Of a stretch of 64,000 nucleotides of DNA, positions 1 through 12,569 are shown piece by piece. Made by a program: the position numbers and the translations under genes. Positions within the stretch are counted from its first letter, which is position 1, and each line of letters starts with the position of its first letter. A model generated the notes under the pieces. It ran no database searches and had not been told where the DNA came from. It saw only the letters and a list, made by a program, of their open reading frames with translations. The DNA comes from Podarcis cretensis (Eukaryota), in contig OX638152.1 in assembly GCA_951804945.1 (NCBI GenBank), positions 43,958,001-44,022,000 of the forward strand, in the 5' to 3' direction.

Positions 1-104
1 GGGGCTGAGAGACTTCAAGGAAGTGTGACTGGCCCAAGGTCACCCAGCAGCTGCATGTGGAGGAGTGGAGACGCGAACCCGGTTCCCCAGATTACGAGAC
101 TACC
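1..104 (-). mobile_element. Squam3-like tRNA/CORE SINE (partial, cut by window edge)
   Basis: Reverse complement of the 5' part of the copy at 8317-8577 (ggtagtctcgtaatctggggaaccgggttcgcg...gggtgaccttgggccagtcacac). Confidence 0.8.
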
Positions 105-455
105 ATGATATTGCATGGTAAAGTTACTTAAGTTTATATGCCCTAAATCCGTTTCTCAATGTTGTCTGTGCCATCTAAACTTACTGAGACCACATCCATA
201 TACTGGATAGTGTGAATGCACTGGTAGGCTCACAGTTAAATATACACAACCTGTTCCTCTGTACAAGGACCTGTGGATTAAGAAGAAAAGGGCAGTCCTT
301 CTGAATGTCAAAGACCCATCCAGTTCAGCATCTTTTTCTTACAGTGGCCAAGCAGATGCCTATGGAAAGCAGAACCCACAGAGAAATTTCCCCAGCTTCA
401 CTGAAATATCAAGAAGGGAGACCATATGGAAGAAACCACAGGGAAGATACTATTA

Positions 456-825
456 AAGGTAAAGGTAAAGGTACCCCTGCCCGTACGGGCCAGTCTTGCA
501 GACTCTGGGGTTGTGCGCCCATCTCACTTAAGAGGCCAGGGGCCAGCGCTGTCCGGAGACACTTCCAGGTCACGTCGCCAGCGTGACATCGCTGCTCTGT
601 CCAGAGCCAGAGCCAGAGCCGCACACGGAAACGCCGTTTACCTTCCCGCTGGTAAGCGGTCCCTATTTATCTACTTGCACCCAGAGGTGCTTTCGAACTG
701 CTAGGTTGGCAGGCGCTGGGACCGAGCAGCGGGAGCGCACCCCGCCGCAGGGATTCGAACCGCCGACCTTTCGATCGGCAAGCCCTAGGCGCTGAGGCTT
801 TAACCCACAGCGCCACCTGCGTCCC
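456..825 (-). mobile_element. Sauria (Squam1) SINE, variant subfamily, full length
   Basis: (AAAGGT)n tail, B-box ggttcgaatcc on the minus strand, shared core atttatctacttgcac/ctaggttggcagg; TSD aagatactatta at 444-455 and 872-883. Confidence 0.92.
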
Positions 826-1063
826 TATAGTCCTAAGATACTAGTCCTAAGATACTAGTCCCCCTAGTCCTAAGATACTATTAGGACTGGGCAAAATAGA
901 AGGAAATTTCTTCATTGTTTCCTATTCCTTTACTTCTCCACCTAGGAACTAGTAATTTTTCCTGTTAGTCTTGGCATTCATCCAATCCTCTACAGTCCCT
1001 TACGGCTCTGCCCAGTCCCCTTAGCCTCTTTTATTTCAACTATTCTTCTTTCTCTCCCTAACG

Positions 1064-1185
1064 CAGGGATAGGGAGCCTGTGGACCTCCAGACTACATCT
1101 TCCATCAGTTTGACCACTGGCCTGATAGGGCTGATGGGAGTTGGAGTCCAATATTATTTGGAGGTCTGGAAGATCCTCATCCCTG
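1064..1185. mobile_element. hAT-type palindromic MITE (degenerate; same family as 58265)
   Basis: CAGGGAT...ATCCCTG termini; internal gactacatcttccatcag / ctgatgggagttggagtcc inverted repeat. Confidence 0.65.
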
Positions 1186-2545
1186 TCCTAGTGTCTCCTG
1201 CCCTAGTGATCCTCCCATAAGAAAAAGATGCATTGTATTCTCTTATAGCCACATAAGGGAATCTGTGAATGACAATTGAATTTATTTTCACGTTGGCATT
1301 GCTGCTACACACTTCGCTTGCATTGGACATTTTATGTATAACAACATGTAAACATAGTCTTATTAAATATGTAAATAGTACCAGAACCCATTTTAGTGTT
1401 TCCTCCAAGCTGTAGGGGACAGGACTAAGAAAATAAAGTATGTGGACCTTATGTTGTAAGCAAGTACACTGTGATATTGTGCATCATCTTCACTATTCAC
1501 ATGGCGTAACATTAAAACAGGAGCCTTAGCTTAAAATTTCCATGTATTTTTGGAGCATGAGAGAATATTTAAGTCATAACTAAGTTTTTAATATCCATGG
1601 AGAGAGGGAAAAGAACTCATCCTATAAGCTGTTTCAAAAAGATAAGCGATTGTAAAAATTAGAATGATTCCCATTAAAGGTCCCCCCCCCATAATTCTAT
1701 TGTTTCTGCAATAATTTTTATACTACAGGTGCATGTACTTGTAAATGAGCTTACTCCTTGTGGAGGGGGGGACACACAATACTTAAACAGAAAGTAGTTA
1801 CTAAGTTGTCACTCCCTTAAATTATGGACAGTCATCCCCAGAATGACAAATTTTTAATGGACTACAGCAGCTGTCCTCACTGGTCATATAGTAGCTTTGA
1901 GCTTAACATCCCCCAAGGAATCTGATTTACACAGATAATGGATCTGGCAGCCAATCTTCCTGTTGGCAGCACATTGACATTTTATAATCAGACAAGCTAA
2001 ACATACTTCTATAATAAGAATGAAATACCCCTCCAGGAATAAACTCAATTTTGTATTATGCTATTCAAGAAAAGTATTATCACAGACAAAGTTAATTACA
2101 CAAAGAGTAATGTTCTAATGAGATTTTCAGTATGGAAATCTGTATGGCAGAGTGTCAGGATGCCCAATCATCCTTGGAGTTGTTATATTTGTAGTAGAGT
2201 TCAGGTCGTTTGTGACACCTTTTAAAAAGTGGACTTGCTAGAATGGAGCTTAACCTTTATCATATTTTCTCAGAGGTATTCAGCCAGAAGGATAAACTAC
2301 TTTATCTTTGTCATTAGCAGAAGCAACCTATCTACATTGGTTCAGTAATCCACCATCAGCCTAAGACTTGTATTGTTTTCTTCCTTAGTCAGCTAGTCTT
2401 TTTACATAATAGTTTGTTGGTTAGCATACCCTTTAAGTTGCTTCTGCTGAATTGAGGCCTGCACTAAACAACACAGAGCCAAACGCCCAGTACAGCATCT
2501 ATCATTATGAAAAACTCACATAACACATAGCAGAAAATTATGCGT

Positions 2546-2632
2546 GCTTGCAGGGGGTTGGACTAATGACACTTGCGGTCCCTTCCAGTTCTACAGTTCT
2601 ATACTTCTATATTTCTGTGATTCTGTTATTCT
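2546..2632 (+). mobile_element. CR1 LINE 3' terminus
   Basis: gggggttggact..ga....gcggtcccttccagttcta followed by degenerate (ATTCTRTG)-like repeats. Confidence 0.7.
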
Positions 2633-2679
2633 ATCCTAGCTACTGGTATATTAAATATGGCTTTGCATATGGCTCTCAG

Positions 2680-2909
2680 CAATGGCGTAGGAAACAGGGG
2701 TGGGCCGCCCTGGGTGCCACTCTGGGAGGGATGACAAGATAACCTCTGCCTCCCCCCAGCTGTAGAGCGGCTGAGGGCGCCCACAGTCCATATGGGCACC
2801 ACTCGCACAGCGTCTGTATGGCCTGCCGCTCTCTCGCTGTACGCCACACATGTGCAGTCCATACGGGCTGCGCCGCCCTGGGTCCCAGAGAGGGTTTCTC
2901 TGCCACTTA
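2680..2909. mobile_element. GC-rich hAT-type MITE
   Basis: CA(A)TGGCG...TGCCACT termini; 8-bp TSD gctctcag/gatctcag. Confidence 0.6.
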
Positions 2910-3136
2910 GATCTCAGTAAGATTTAAACAGGCTGTAACAGGAAGAGGTATGAATCTGTGCTCCATGGGGCCCCAAGTCCTTATTGTATTTCCTCAGATA
3001 GCCCTTTAAAATGACAACAATATGGCAACTGGGAGGCTGGCCTTTTGCAGCGATATAGGAGTCAGAGCTTGCCGGTTGTCATCCACACCATTATTGTATG
3101 TGTGAAGTATTTGGGGAAAAGCCTATGGCTATAGAT

Positions 3137-3490
3137 GGGACGTGGGTGGAGCTGTGGGTTAAACCACAGAGCCTAGGACCTGCCAATCAGAAGATCGGCA
3201 GTTCGAATCCCCACAACGGGGTGAGCTCCTGTTGCTCGGTCCCTGCTCCTGCCAACCTAGCAGTTCGAAAGCACATCAAAGTGCAAGTAGATAAATAGGT
3301 ACTGCTCCGGCGGGAAGGTAAACGGCGTTTCCATGTGCTGCTCTGGTCCGCCAGAAGCAGCTTAGTCATGCTGGGCACATGACCCGGAAGCTGTACGCTG
3401 GCTCCCTCGGCCAATAAAGCAAGATGAGCTCCGCAACCCCAGAGTCGGCCACGACTGGACCTAATGGTCAGGGGTCCCTTTATCTTTACC
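3137..3490 (+). mobile_element. Sauria (Squam1) SINE, full length
   Basis: gggacgtgggtgg head, gttcgaatcc B-box, ctttacc tail; TSD cctatg(g/a)ct(a/g)taga. Confidence 0.93.
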
Positions 3491-5029
3491 TATGACTGTA
3501 GAGGTGGGTGGAATACATTAGGCCAATTGACAGTTGTTACAAACCCTAGCCCTATCTCCTCCAAAGGGTAAGGAAGGAAGAATGATCAGTGGTACAGAAC
3601 TTTTTTCAGACCAACGGCTGCATTCCCTCATAGACAACCTTCCATGGGCCACATTTCAGATCTGATGTTCCCCTCAGCTCTACATCATTCATGGAGAATA
3701 CATTGATGTATAGGAGTTTGGAGCCTCAAGTGTTCTGCTCACAGTGCCTCCTTGGCAGTAGATACCCAGTATGAAGAATGTGCCCTTCATATTCTAGCTT
3801 TGCAATATTGATCAGCATGTCAACATGAGGTAAGTGATGTAATAAGGCAAGGAAACTCTTCATTCACAATGAAATCTGGGAGCTCCCAAGAGATCTACTG
3901 GAAATTGGATATATATCTGGGAATAAAAAGGGCATGATCTCAATAATAGTTGGATATTCGTGTATAATTTTATAATATGCATGTTTGATTATATTTTATA
4001 TATCAATTTCAGCTTGTCTTCTTAAATCCAGGGTAACTTATCTAATATTTATGAGAAGACCACAGTGATCAATTGGTGTGTTTTTTTGTTTTTTTAAAAG
4101 ATCTAATTACATACTCAAAAGTTGTAAGGCAAAATCTGCACTAATCTTATGAAATCCCAAGGCACTATGTTTCAGTTTGTCCCTAGAGCATGTATGCAAT
4201 TTCATTTTGCATGGCCATTAAACCTAACCTTAGAGAAAAACCTTCATACACAAAACAACATCTGTCACAACTGTTGCTTTGCTGCAAAAATTTAAAAGCT
4301 TGTGACTATATGTCACATAGCAGTGTTAAATGTTTATTTTTAAATGGAATACTTGCTAAAAAGCTCATTGCAGCATACACATTAAACTTCAAAATTACTC
4401 TAATATTATTTACAAATGTAATATTGCACTGTTAAAGTGCTAATAGAACTATTTAGTTCATGAATGCTAAACTTACTAACATTTTTGTTGTTGAACATAA
4501 TTGGAGAACACAGCATTTTCCTACCCTCAACATACAACAACAACAACAAAAAAAAAAAAAGCTCAGCTGCTATACACAATAGTCTAGTGCTACAGTAATT
4601 ATGTTGAATCTACATTTATGTTCATGTAAATTGGGTACTTCCCATTAATAATTTTAGATTTAAGCTCTGAAATCAATTTAGCACCAGTGTTAGTTGTGAA
4701 GTCTGTAATTGGAAGGGTTATCACAAGCCAAAGCCAAATCCATTTGAAAGTGTGGACCCAGTTTATAATGAACACACTTAGCACCGATCCTCCTCCTGCT
4801 AGTCCTCCTTTTTTTTTTTTTTTTACACACCTGGGAGAGAGGAATAGCAGTTGGGAGTGCTGGTGGCTATGAATATTCAAATACAGTAGTCATATCTGTA
4901 TGACTATTTAAATTGCATATGTTGTAATTAGTGCATTATCTGGAAATGTTGTGTTTTATTGTGTACATTTCCCTGATTCTGTGAGTTGCTTTGTATATGG
5001 TTTACCATGGAAACAGAGCATACAAATAA

Positions 5030-5215
5030 ACTATGATAATCCTTTAAAGTAGGCAAGCATTATTATTCCTATACTACAAATGGGGGTAGGGAGGCTGAGT
5101 CTGGGGAAGGAAAGAGACTTGCCTAAGGCCACTAGTGAGTTCATAGTTGCCTTGAGATTTCAGCTGGGGATGTCCCAGCTCAGAGCTAATTTTCTGCTAC
5201 ATTACATTACACCAG
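5030..5215 (-). mobile_element. Old CORE-SINE (MIR/Ther1-like) remnant
   Basis: attattattcctatactacaaatggggg...gacttgcctaaggccac CORE-like motif. Confidence 0.6.
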
Positions 5216-6077
5216 CTCTACAATATGTGTGTGTGTGTGTGTGTGTGTATTTTTAGAAGCAGTTTGAGTATGAAATCTATTCCCTAGACACATTCATATA
5301 CTTGAAATTATCATTTTAAGGCTGATTAAATAAGGATTAGTGCCAATGTTTTACTTATTAGTCTGTGCTTTCAGCTGGAACTGATGATGTAGTATGCGTC
5401 AATAACTAGTTCACAGCCTTTACATTTTACAAACTAAAATCTCTGCAGCAGAGTCCGTCTGCTTCAATATTTTGAGGCAACTCCCATGTATAAGAAAACC
5501 ATCCATTATATAATGATACAAGCTTAAAGTGGCATGTATCACAGCTGTTTGATTACTGCTGGGAAGATGACTTGCATTCCCCCTTATAGCCTTCTATCAG
5601 GATCCAGCAGTGATGGATTGGATTTCCCTTGCTTTAGCAAGATGATGGATTGCCCTAGCACGATGGATAAGAATGGTAGAGTGTGGGCTGAAATTAATTA
5701 ACATCACCAGTAAAAGATGCAGGAGTTGATCTATAGCATGATTTAAGATTGATGACTGCCAGCAAAATACGTCTAAAACTGTAATGCAAATAAAGGGGGC
5801 TTTAATCTGGGTGAATAGCATAATTACATTATCCATACAATCCTCACAAGGAAAAAAGCCTCAGTTAGAAACGGAGATTCAATGTCCATCCAGCCTCCCC
5901 GAATGCTCAAAATACAAAATTATCAAACTAAATGAAGGATTCCAAGATCAAATTTACTAGTCTCAGAATAATTTTGGCATTAAGATTCTGGATATATCTG
6001 AAAGTGCAATTGTAAATGAATGTTAAGACAATTCATAAGATGGGCCAGTTATTAAAAAAAAAAGTAGTTGTCTACAA

Positions 6078-6334
6078 CAGGGGTGGGGAATCTCAAGCCT
6101 TCCTCTGGGACTACGTACACAACATACTTTTAAAGCACATGCCTGCCAAATAAGCCTGGGAACTGCAGATTGTTAAGGGTCCTGGGAAATGTAGCTCTGC
6201 GAGAGATACACTACAGTTTCCAGGATTTACTTTAAAGGTCTATGGCCCCTGGAACTCTTCACAGATCATGCTCCTCACTGGTCCTCCTTGAGTTATTTTG
6301 TGTTGCTGGAATGCGTCCTTGAACTGTGCTAATG

Positions 6335-6381
<47 letters not shown>

Positions 6382-6549
6382 TGTTTGACTGGACTATCAT
6401 GGCCGGACTGCAGCCTACTCTACGAAGGTAAGGCACACATTGTTCCATCCTGTTTTGCCTTTTCTTCCAGCTACCACTGTCATACAACCCCTGGAAATTG
6501 CCCATGGGGGAATGCAGCCCTCAGGCTAAAAAATATATTCCCACCCCTG
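6078..6549. mobile_element. hAT (Charlie-like) non-autonomous element containing a nested repeat and (TG)n
   Basis: TIRs caggggtggggaat / attcccacccctg; 8-bp TSD gtctacaa/ttctacga. Confidence 0.7.
6336..6376. repeat. (TG)n microsatellite
   Basis: Seen directly. Confidence 0.95.
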
Positions 6550-7813
6550 TTCTACGACACTGGCTGAATTTAGACGTAATGGTAAACAATAGCTATGAAG
6601 CTGAGCCTGAACTAATCCCAGTCTCCTGTGCTCCTTTCTCTCTTCCCACACATCATGGCTGCAAATATAAGACTGGAAGTGTTTCCATCTATTTTCAACT
6701 TTGTTCAGTTGCCTGCTACGCCTGATACTGTGGCCAGTATTAACTATGTTTTAGTGAAACAAGTCAGGTCAAGCAGTATTTGAAGCTTGTTTCCCTAAAA
6801 CACAGTTAACAGTAACCATTGTTTCTATTTGGACTTAATGAGTAACCACAGTTAGTCGAAAATAGAAGGTAAACTTTCTGAACAGCTCCTTATAGCTATG
6901 CCAGAGAAGGAGACGAAAGGGAGGATTGCGGAAGCCTGGCAAGCTTGTGCATGCAATGCTAAACTATATTTCAGCATTGTGTACAAATCAGGCAACTGCC
7001 GGTTCTGTGGAACTTTGAGGTTGTTTGGTCTAAGCCAGAATATGAAACAATCTGGAAAGCTTCCTTTCAAATGCTGGCTAGCATTAAGGAAGGTTAATCT
7101 TCTTAGATGCTTTCAGATATGTAATTTTATTTGTATTCTATTGTTCTAAGGTTGGTGTGTTTGCTGCCCTAGGCTTCTTTGGGAGAAAGGATGGGATATA
7201 AATTTAATTCGTTCATTCATTAATCAAAGCTAACAAACCCTGACACTGACAGCCCACATATGGTTAGCAGGGCAGTCTGGGAGGAATATGTTAAGGAATG
7301 CAAAGGCTGGAGACAGAATGTACAATCTGAATGTACAAATTCAAATGGAAATTTCAAAAAAACCTGGATCACAATTAAGTGGCCATCAGTATTTATGCAA
7401 ACCAATATTGACTGCACAAGCAAGCACACAATGTACTGGATTATAGATTCATTCTACACATTTAGCCACCTTTGATCCCCACCTTGCACCTGTGGCTCCT
7501 AGAAGCTGTCAACATGCAACAGCAGCCACGCTCTGGGAAATGGCTTTGACTGGCTGGTAAACCAGGTGAGATTAGCTAATGGGTCTTGAAACCTCAGTGT
7601 TTTGTGGAAAACTGGGTAATTTATAGAAATCTGTTAAGGGAGGAAGGTGGAGAGTTTAAATTAAAAGAGTTTAAAGACTTATCAGGACTGTTAACATGGT
7701 TACAATATAATCAACTAAATGAAGTATATATAAAGAATAAAGAAACAGGTTTGGGGAACAGACATCACAACAAGAGAGACTTATTTGACTGCAATGTTAA
7801 AGTGATGTCTAAA

Positions 7814-8169
7814 AAGACTCTCCTCCCTGAAAGAGAGGGGAGTGGTTGTGGGCGGGAGCCCGAACACCGCTCCTAGCAGGGAGCGTTGCCCCCTGCCTCC
7901 AGCTCACCTGGCTGGCGCTCACGCCCCCCTCCCGGTGGCCGTCCAACCAGGTGCCATGGGGGGGCCGTGTCCAGCAGCCTTTATACTGCAGGGCCAGCCT
8001 CTCCCTGGCCTCATTTCTCTTCGTTGTCCTGTGCGCAATCCAATGCCTAAGCCAATACCTTTGCATTGCTGTAATCAATAAAGTTGTGGCCTTTTCTAGC
8101 CCATTAACCTTATATCACGTGTCCCTGTGTCTTCATTTCACTTCGCGGGGGTCGGGTCCTCGAACCACA
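7814..8169 (+). mobile_element. Gypsy-like 3' LTR (7847-8169) preceded by its polypurine tract
   Basis: TGTGG...CCACA termini, tttata about 7980, AATAAA 8077-8082, PPT aaagagaggggagtggt at 7830-7846. Confidence 0.75.
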
Positions 8170-8316
8170 ATGTATAAGATGTTTAATTAGAGTGGGAGAC
8201 AAAGATGAACACGTGAAAGCTTCAAGGATACATTGGGCAATGGACACTTGACATAACATAGAAATGGATGCATGGGGAAAATTGTGGAATATGAATATAA
8301 AATTTACAGCATGTAT

Positions 8317-8577
8317 GAGAGCCATTGTGGTGTAGTGGTTAAGAGCGGTAGTCTTGTAATCTGGGGAACCGGGTTCACGTCTCTGCTCCTCCACATGCAG
8401 CTGCTGGGTGACCTTGGGCCAGTCACACTTCTCTGAAGTCTCTCAGCCCCACTCACCTCACAGAGTGTTTGTTGTTGGGGAGGAAGGGAAAGGAGAATGT
8501 TTGCCGCTTTGAGACTCCTTAAAGGGAGTGAAAGGCGGGATATCAAATCCAAACTCTTCTTCTTCTTCTTCTTCTTC
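8317..8577 (+). mobile_element. Squam3-like tRNA/CORE SINE, full length
   Basis: tggtgtagtggttaagagc A-box, gggttcacgtc B-box, CORE gggtgaccttgggccagtcac, L2-like 3' end and (CTT)n tail. Confidence 0.88.
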
Positions 8578-9439
8578 AAGAGGAAATTATATGAAAATGT
8601 TATATAGATGGCATCTAACACCCAGTAGACTAGTTAAAATGTACAAATCAAAATCGAATATGTGTTGGAAATGTAAAGAGAAAGAAGCTACCTTTTTCCA
8701 TATGTGGTGGACCTGCAGTAAAGCAAAAGATTACTGGGAAATGATACAGAATGAACTGAAAAAGATGTTTAAGATAACTAATGAAATATGCAGAAATGGC
8801 AAAACTTACCAAAAGAATGAGAAATCAAGATAACAAAGTCTTTAAGGGGGAATGGGAATCATTTTTTGAATATTTACAAAGTCATCATAAAGAAAGTAAG
8901 ACATTAGCAGGATTAACATAAAAATGTGCAGTATTGACAACAATATGAATTTGATGGAAATAGATTTAAATTGGGATATGCAGGAAAATAGAGTAAATAT
9001 AAGGAATTGCAGAAAGAGTGGGAGGGAAGCTGAAATATGATATGTAAAGAAGATTCTGTTTGAAATGTTTATTTGTCATAAATGAAAATTATAAATAAAT
9101 TAAAAAAAAACAGAAACAAAAAAACCTTAATGAGTTGAGGGCTTGTGTGTCCCCTGCATGTGAAGACAGGCTCTGGCAGATTAAGCGGATAAGACCAATA
9201 GTGATTCCAATGATCAAGAAGGTGGTATCTGCATGTGCTGTCAAAAAAGCTAAAATTCCATTAATTGGCTGTTCAGAGGGAGAGGTTGATACATTATTAG
9301 AATGCTTAAGGAAGCCTGATTTGCGGGTACAAAACATCTCAATCGTATTGATTAAACACGTAAAGAAAATAAATAAAAGCAAACTTCTAAAGCAAAGAAA
9401 ACACAAACTTGTTTTTTAAATAAACTGCTTTCATATATG

Positions 9440-9509
9440 TTGGAAGCCGCCAAGAGTAGCTGAGTTAACCCAGCCAGATGCACAGGGTATATATAATAAA
9501 GTTATTGTT
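9440..9509 (+). mobile_element. L2 3' UTR stub
   Basis: Matches the 3' end of the L2 at about 10530-10600 (ggaagccgcc.agagt.gctg...cagccagatg...taataaa). Confidence 0.7.
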
Positions 9510-9586
9510 CAAAGACTGTTAAAAGCAAGTTTGGCAACCAAGTAAAGGAACATGGCATTAAAACACTAAATATTATTAATGCCTAG

Positions 9587-9838
9587 CAGGGGTCAGCAAA
9601 ATTTTTCAGCAGGGGGCTGGTCCACTGTCCCTCAGACCTTGTGGGGGGCCAGACTATATTTTTTTTGGGGGGGAATGAATGAATTCCTATGCCCCACAAA
9701 TAACCCAGAGATGCATTTTAAATAAAAGCACACATTCTACTCATGTAAAAACACACTGATTCCCGGACCATCCATGGGCCGGATTTAGAAGGCGATTGGG
9801 CCGGATCCGGCCCCCGGGACTTAGTTTACCTACCCATG
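9587..9838. mobile_element. hAT (Charlie-like) MITE
   Basis: caggggtcagcaaa / tttacctacccatg termini; gcctagca on both flanks. Confidence 0.75.
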
Positions 9839-10016
9839 GCCTAGCATGTCACTGGATGTAATCTACGGACTCTCTTCCCGTAATGGAAAACAGCACATCC
9901 TTCTCAGCCTCCTGGTTATTCATCTCTAGGACATACAGGCTTCACTTAGAAAGGAAAAAGATGAGGAAGGAAACTAGCACTTGGAAATTCTTCAGTTTAA
10001 AAGAATAATATGACAT

Positions 10017-10616
10017 AGAGTGGTGCATGCTCTGGTTATCTCACGCTTGGACTACTGCAACGCGCTCTACGTGGGGCTACCTTTGAAGGTGACCCGGAAA
10101 CTGCAATTAATCCAGAATGCGGCAGCTAGACTGGTGACTGGGAGTGGCCGCCGGGACCACATAACACCGGTTCTGAGAGATCTGCACTGGCTCCCAGTAC
10201 GTTTCCGAGCACGATTCAAAGTGTTGGTGCTGACCTTTAAAGCCCTAAACGGCCTCGGTCCTGTATACCTGAAGGAGCATCTCCACCCCCATCGTTCAGC
10301 CCGGACACTGAGATCCAGCGCCGAGGGCCTTCTGGCGGTTCCCTCATTGCGAGAAGTGAGGCTACAGGGAACCAGGCAGAGGGCCTTCTCGGTAGTGGCG
10401 CCCAACCTGTGGAACGCCCTCCCATCAGATGTCAAAGAGATAAAGAATTATCTGACATTCAGAAGACATCTTAAGGCAGCCCTGTTCAGGGAAGTTTTTA
10501 ATATGTAACGCTGTATTGTTTTTAACACTGATTGGGAGCCGCCCAGAGTGGCTGGGGAAACTCAGCCAGATGGGCGGGGTATAAATAATAAATTATTATT
10601 AAATTATTATTATTAT
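10017..10616 (+). mobile_element. L2 LINE, young 5'-truncated copy (ORF2 C-terminus, 3' UTR, TTA tail)
   Basis: [16 protein letters not shown]...LHWLPV...[13 protein letters not shown]; nearly identical to 54597-55149. Confidence 0.93.
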
Positions 10617-12569
10617 ATAAAAACTAAAGACGAATATTTCAACATCACACCCCAATAATAGGTCAGGAAATGATAATGTTGATAATTTCAACAAAAGGCC
10701 AATATAAAAAATGCCACAGGGCTAAGCTGTTGCCAGTAATGGTTGGCAAATCCAGGCTATTTCTATATTGAAGTATGAGTCATCTCCACCCGCTATGATT
10801 AGTTTGTCACCTGCTTCACAGACAAAATTCATATACACATCAACTTGAGAACCAGCAGTTTGAATACAGATTTAGATTTGAAGCCTGCATACCCCTGGTA
10901 ATTCATTCATTTCACCCTATTTTACTTTTCCCCTTTTTTGACATTTTTTTTGACATGGTGTAATACAAAAGATTTACAAGCAATGTGAAAACCATTTGTT
11001 TCAGACAAAAGGTACTCCATGAGCCACCTTCTATAGGATTTTTGTTTAAGTAATTGTATCATTATTTCTCCTTTTTTGGTACTCTTTTGTGATTATTCCC
11101 AGTTGTGTAATGGGCTAGCTTATTCCATGCAGTTTAGTTATGTCACTCATGTAATTCCCCCAGTTCCAATTCTTTGTCTCTAGAAGGAACATTATCTCCC
11201 TGTTAATTGCTTTAATTTATAAATCACTCAAGCATTGTATACTGAGAATACATTCCCTCAGCTGGTATGGTATAGCGAGTAAATGAGAACACTAGGTGTC
11301 ACTTGACCATTATAGCTAGAAGCAAAACTTTTACTTAGAAGAAACAAGGGCTTTAGAATCCAAATGTCAAAATCATTTAATTGAACTTAGCAAAGAAAGA
11401 AGCATACCAAAATCTGTTTCCTTCTTTTCTCCCCATATGCAGTGCACGTGATCAGACTTTCAAGTTGGTTAGGATACCAAAGTGATTTGATATGCCTAAA
11501 CTCACTGCAGACCAAAAACCTCTCTGAATATCATATATCAAAGAAGAGATATACCTGCCCATCGCCCCTGAAGTACAGAATTAGAGAACAACCAAAAGTA
11601 ACATACAACAAACTTAACACTTGGTGTTAAACATTGCCACCTATTTCCTTCTGCATCTACCCATGTGTATAGGAGTGTTGTCCAATAAACACTCATCCTG
11701 TAAGTGGATAGCTGTACAGTTGTGCTGTGAATTCCTGTTTCATCACATATTACTATTACTACTTAATGACACTCATATTAGGACTTGTCACAGCCAGACA
11801 TAGGGAGAAATGAAAGAAAAGCTGAATGCTCAGTTTACTGTATTTTTTGTTTTCATCTGTTCAGATTCCGTAGGCATTAAATGTTTAGTATAAAAAAGTA
11901 ATGGTTTTATCAGAAAGTATGATGCATATCCAAAATTGGCACTTTTTCTTTATTGTTTAAAGATAAGCAGATCCTCTTTTATTAATGATTGCACTATGCA
12001 TAATAAAATATTCACTACTCCATTCATCACAGACTAAAATCCATCCTTGACTGATAACTGGAACATTACTCGATTTGCTTAGCTTTTTACTGTCAAAAAA
12101 CAAACATTTGCTAAATGGCTTTCAATATTTTTGCACTGCAATTTGAAGAGTAATAAAACAAAATACCTGATACATAAAACTAGAATGAGTTTGAGACAAG
12201 GCAATTGAATTGCTCTCTTACTTATTACGGAGGCATTTATGTATATTAGGGATAGCTAAATGCTCATTGTATATTTTAGGTTATGTGTATTCTGTGGAAT
12301 CAGAAAGTATGACATTTGTCACAGATCCTGGCATAGGATTATCTAGGCTTTCATTGAAAATTTGTTTATATCTTTAGTCTTTCAGGTCAAAGCTTTGAAA
12401 GCTGTGGGAAGTGTCTTTGGAAGCTGATAAAAAGAAATGGATCCAGGCAGGGCTGTTATTGATTATGTGGGAGTCCATGTTTGCATGTTAAGAGGTGAAT
12501 GATTCTGGAAGTATCTGTTTCTGTTTGTAGTTAACCAAAGTTTGCCAGAGTGGTCGTTAACCCTGGCCC

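Larger units (their letters stand above)
7590..9125 (+). mobile_element. L1 LINE 3' fragment (ORF2 C-terminus plus 3' UTR), interrupted by an LTR fragment and a Squam3 SINE
   Basis: YMKMLYRWHLTP...CWKCKEKEATFFHMWWTC CCHC knuckle; reading KVMSK|MYKM continues across the LTR; A-rich tail about 9090-9123. Confidence 0.85.

Noticed and set aside
305-795. Short ORFs over Sauria SINEs (also at 3098, 46150, 51816)
   Set aside because: Recurring peptides such as FRTARLAGAGTEQ are SINE translations, not genes.
826-883. Short repeat array resembling CRISPR
   Set aside because: Eukaryotic DNA with no unique spacers; explained as a templated SINE junction.
7270-7600. Possible RTE-like ORF end and 5' UTR remnants
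   Set aside because: Too degenerate to assign without a database search.
8325-8395. tRNA-like sequence
   Set aside because: It is the tRNA-derived head of a SINE, not a tRNA gene.
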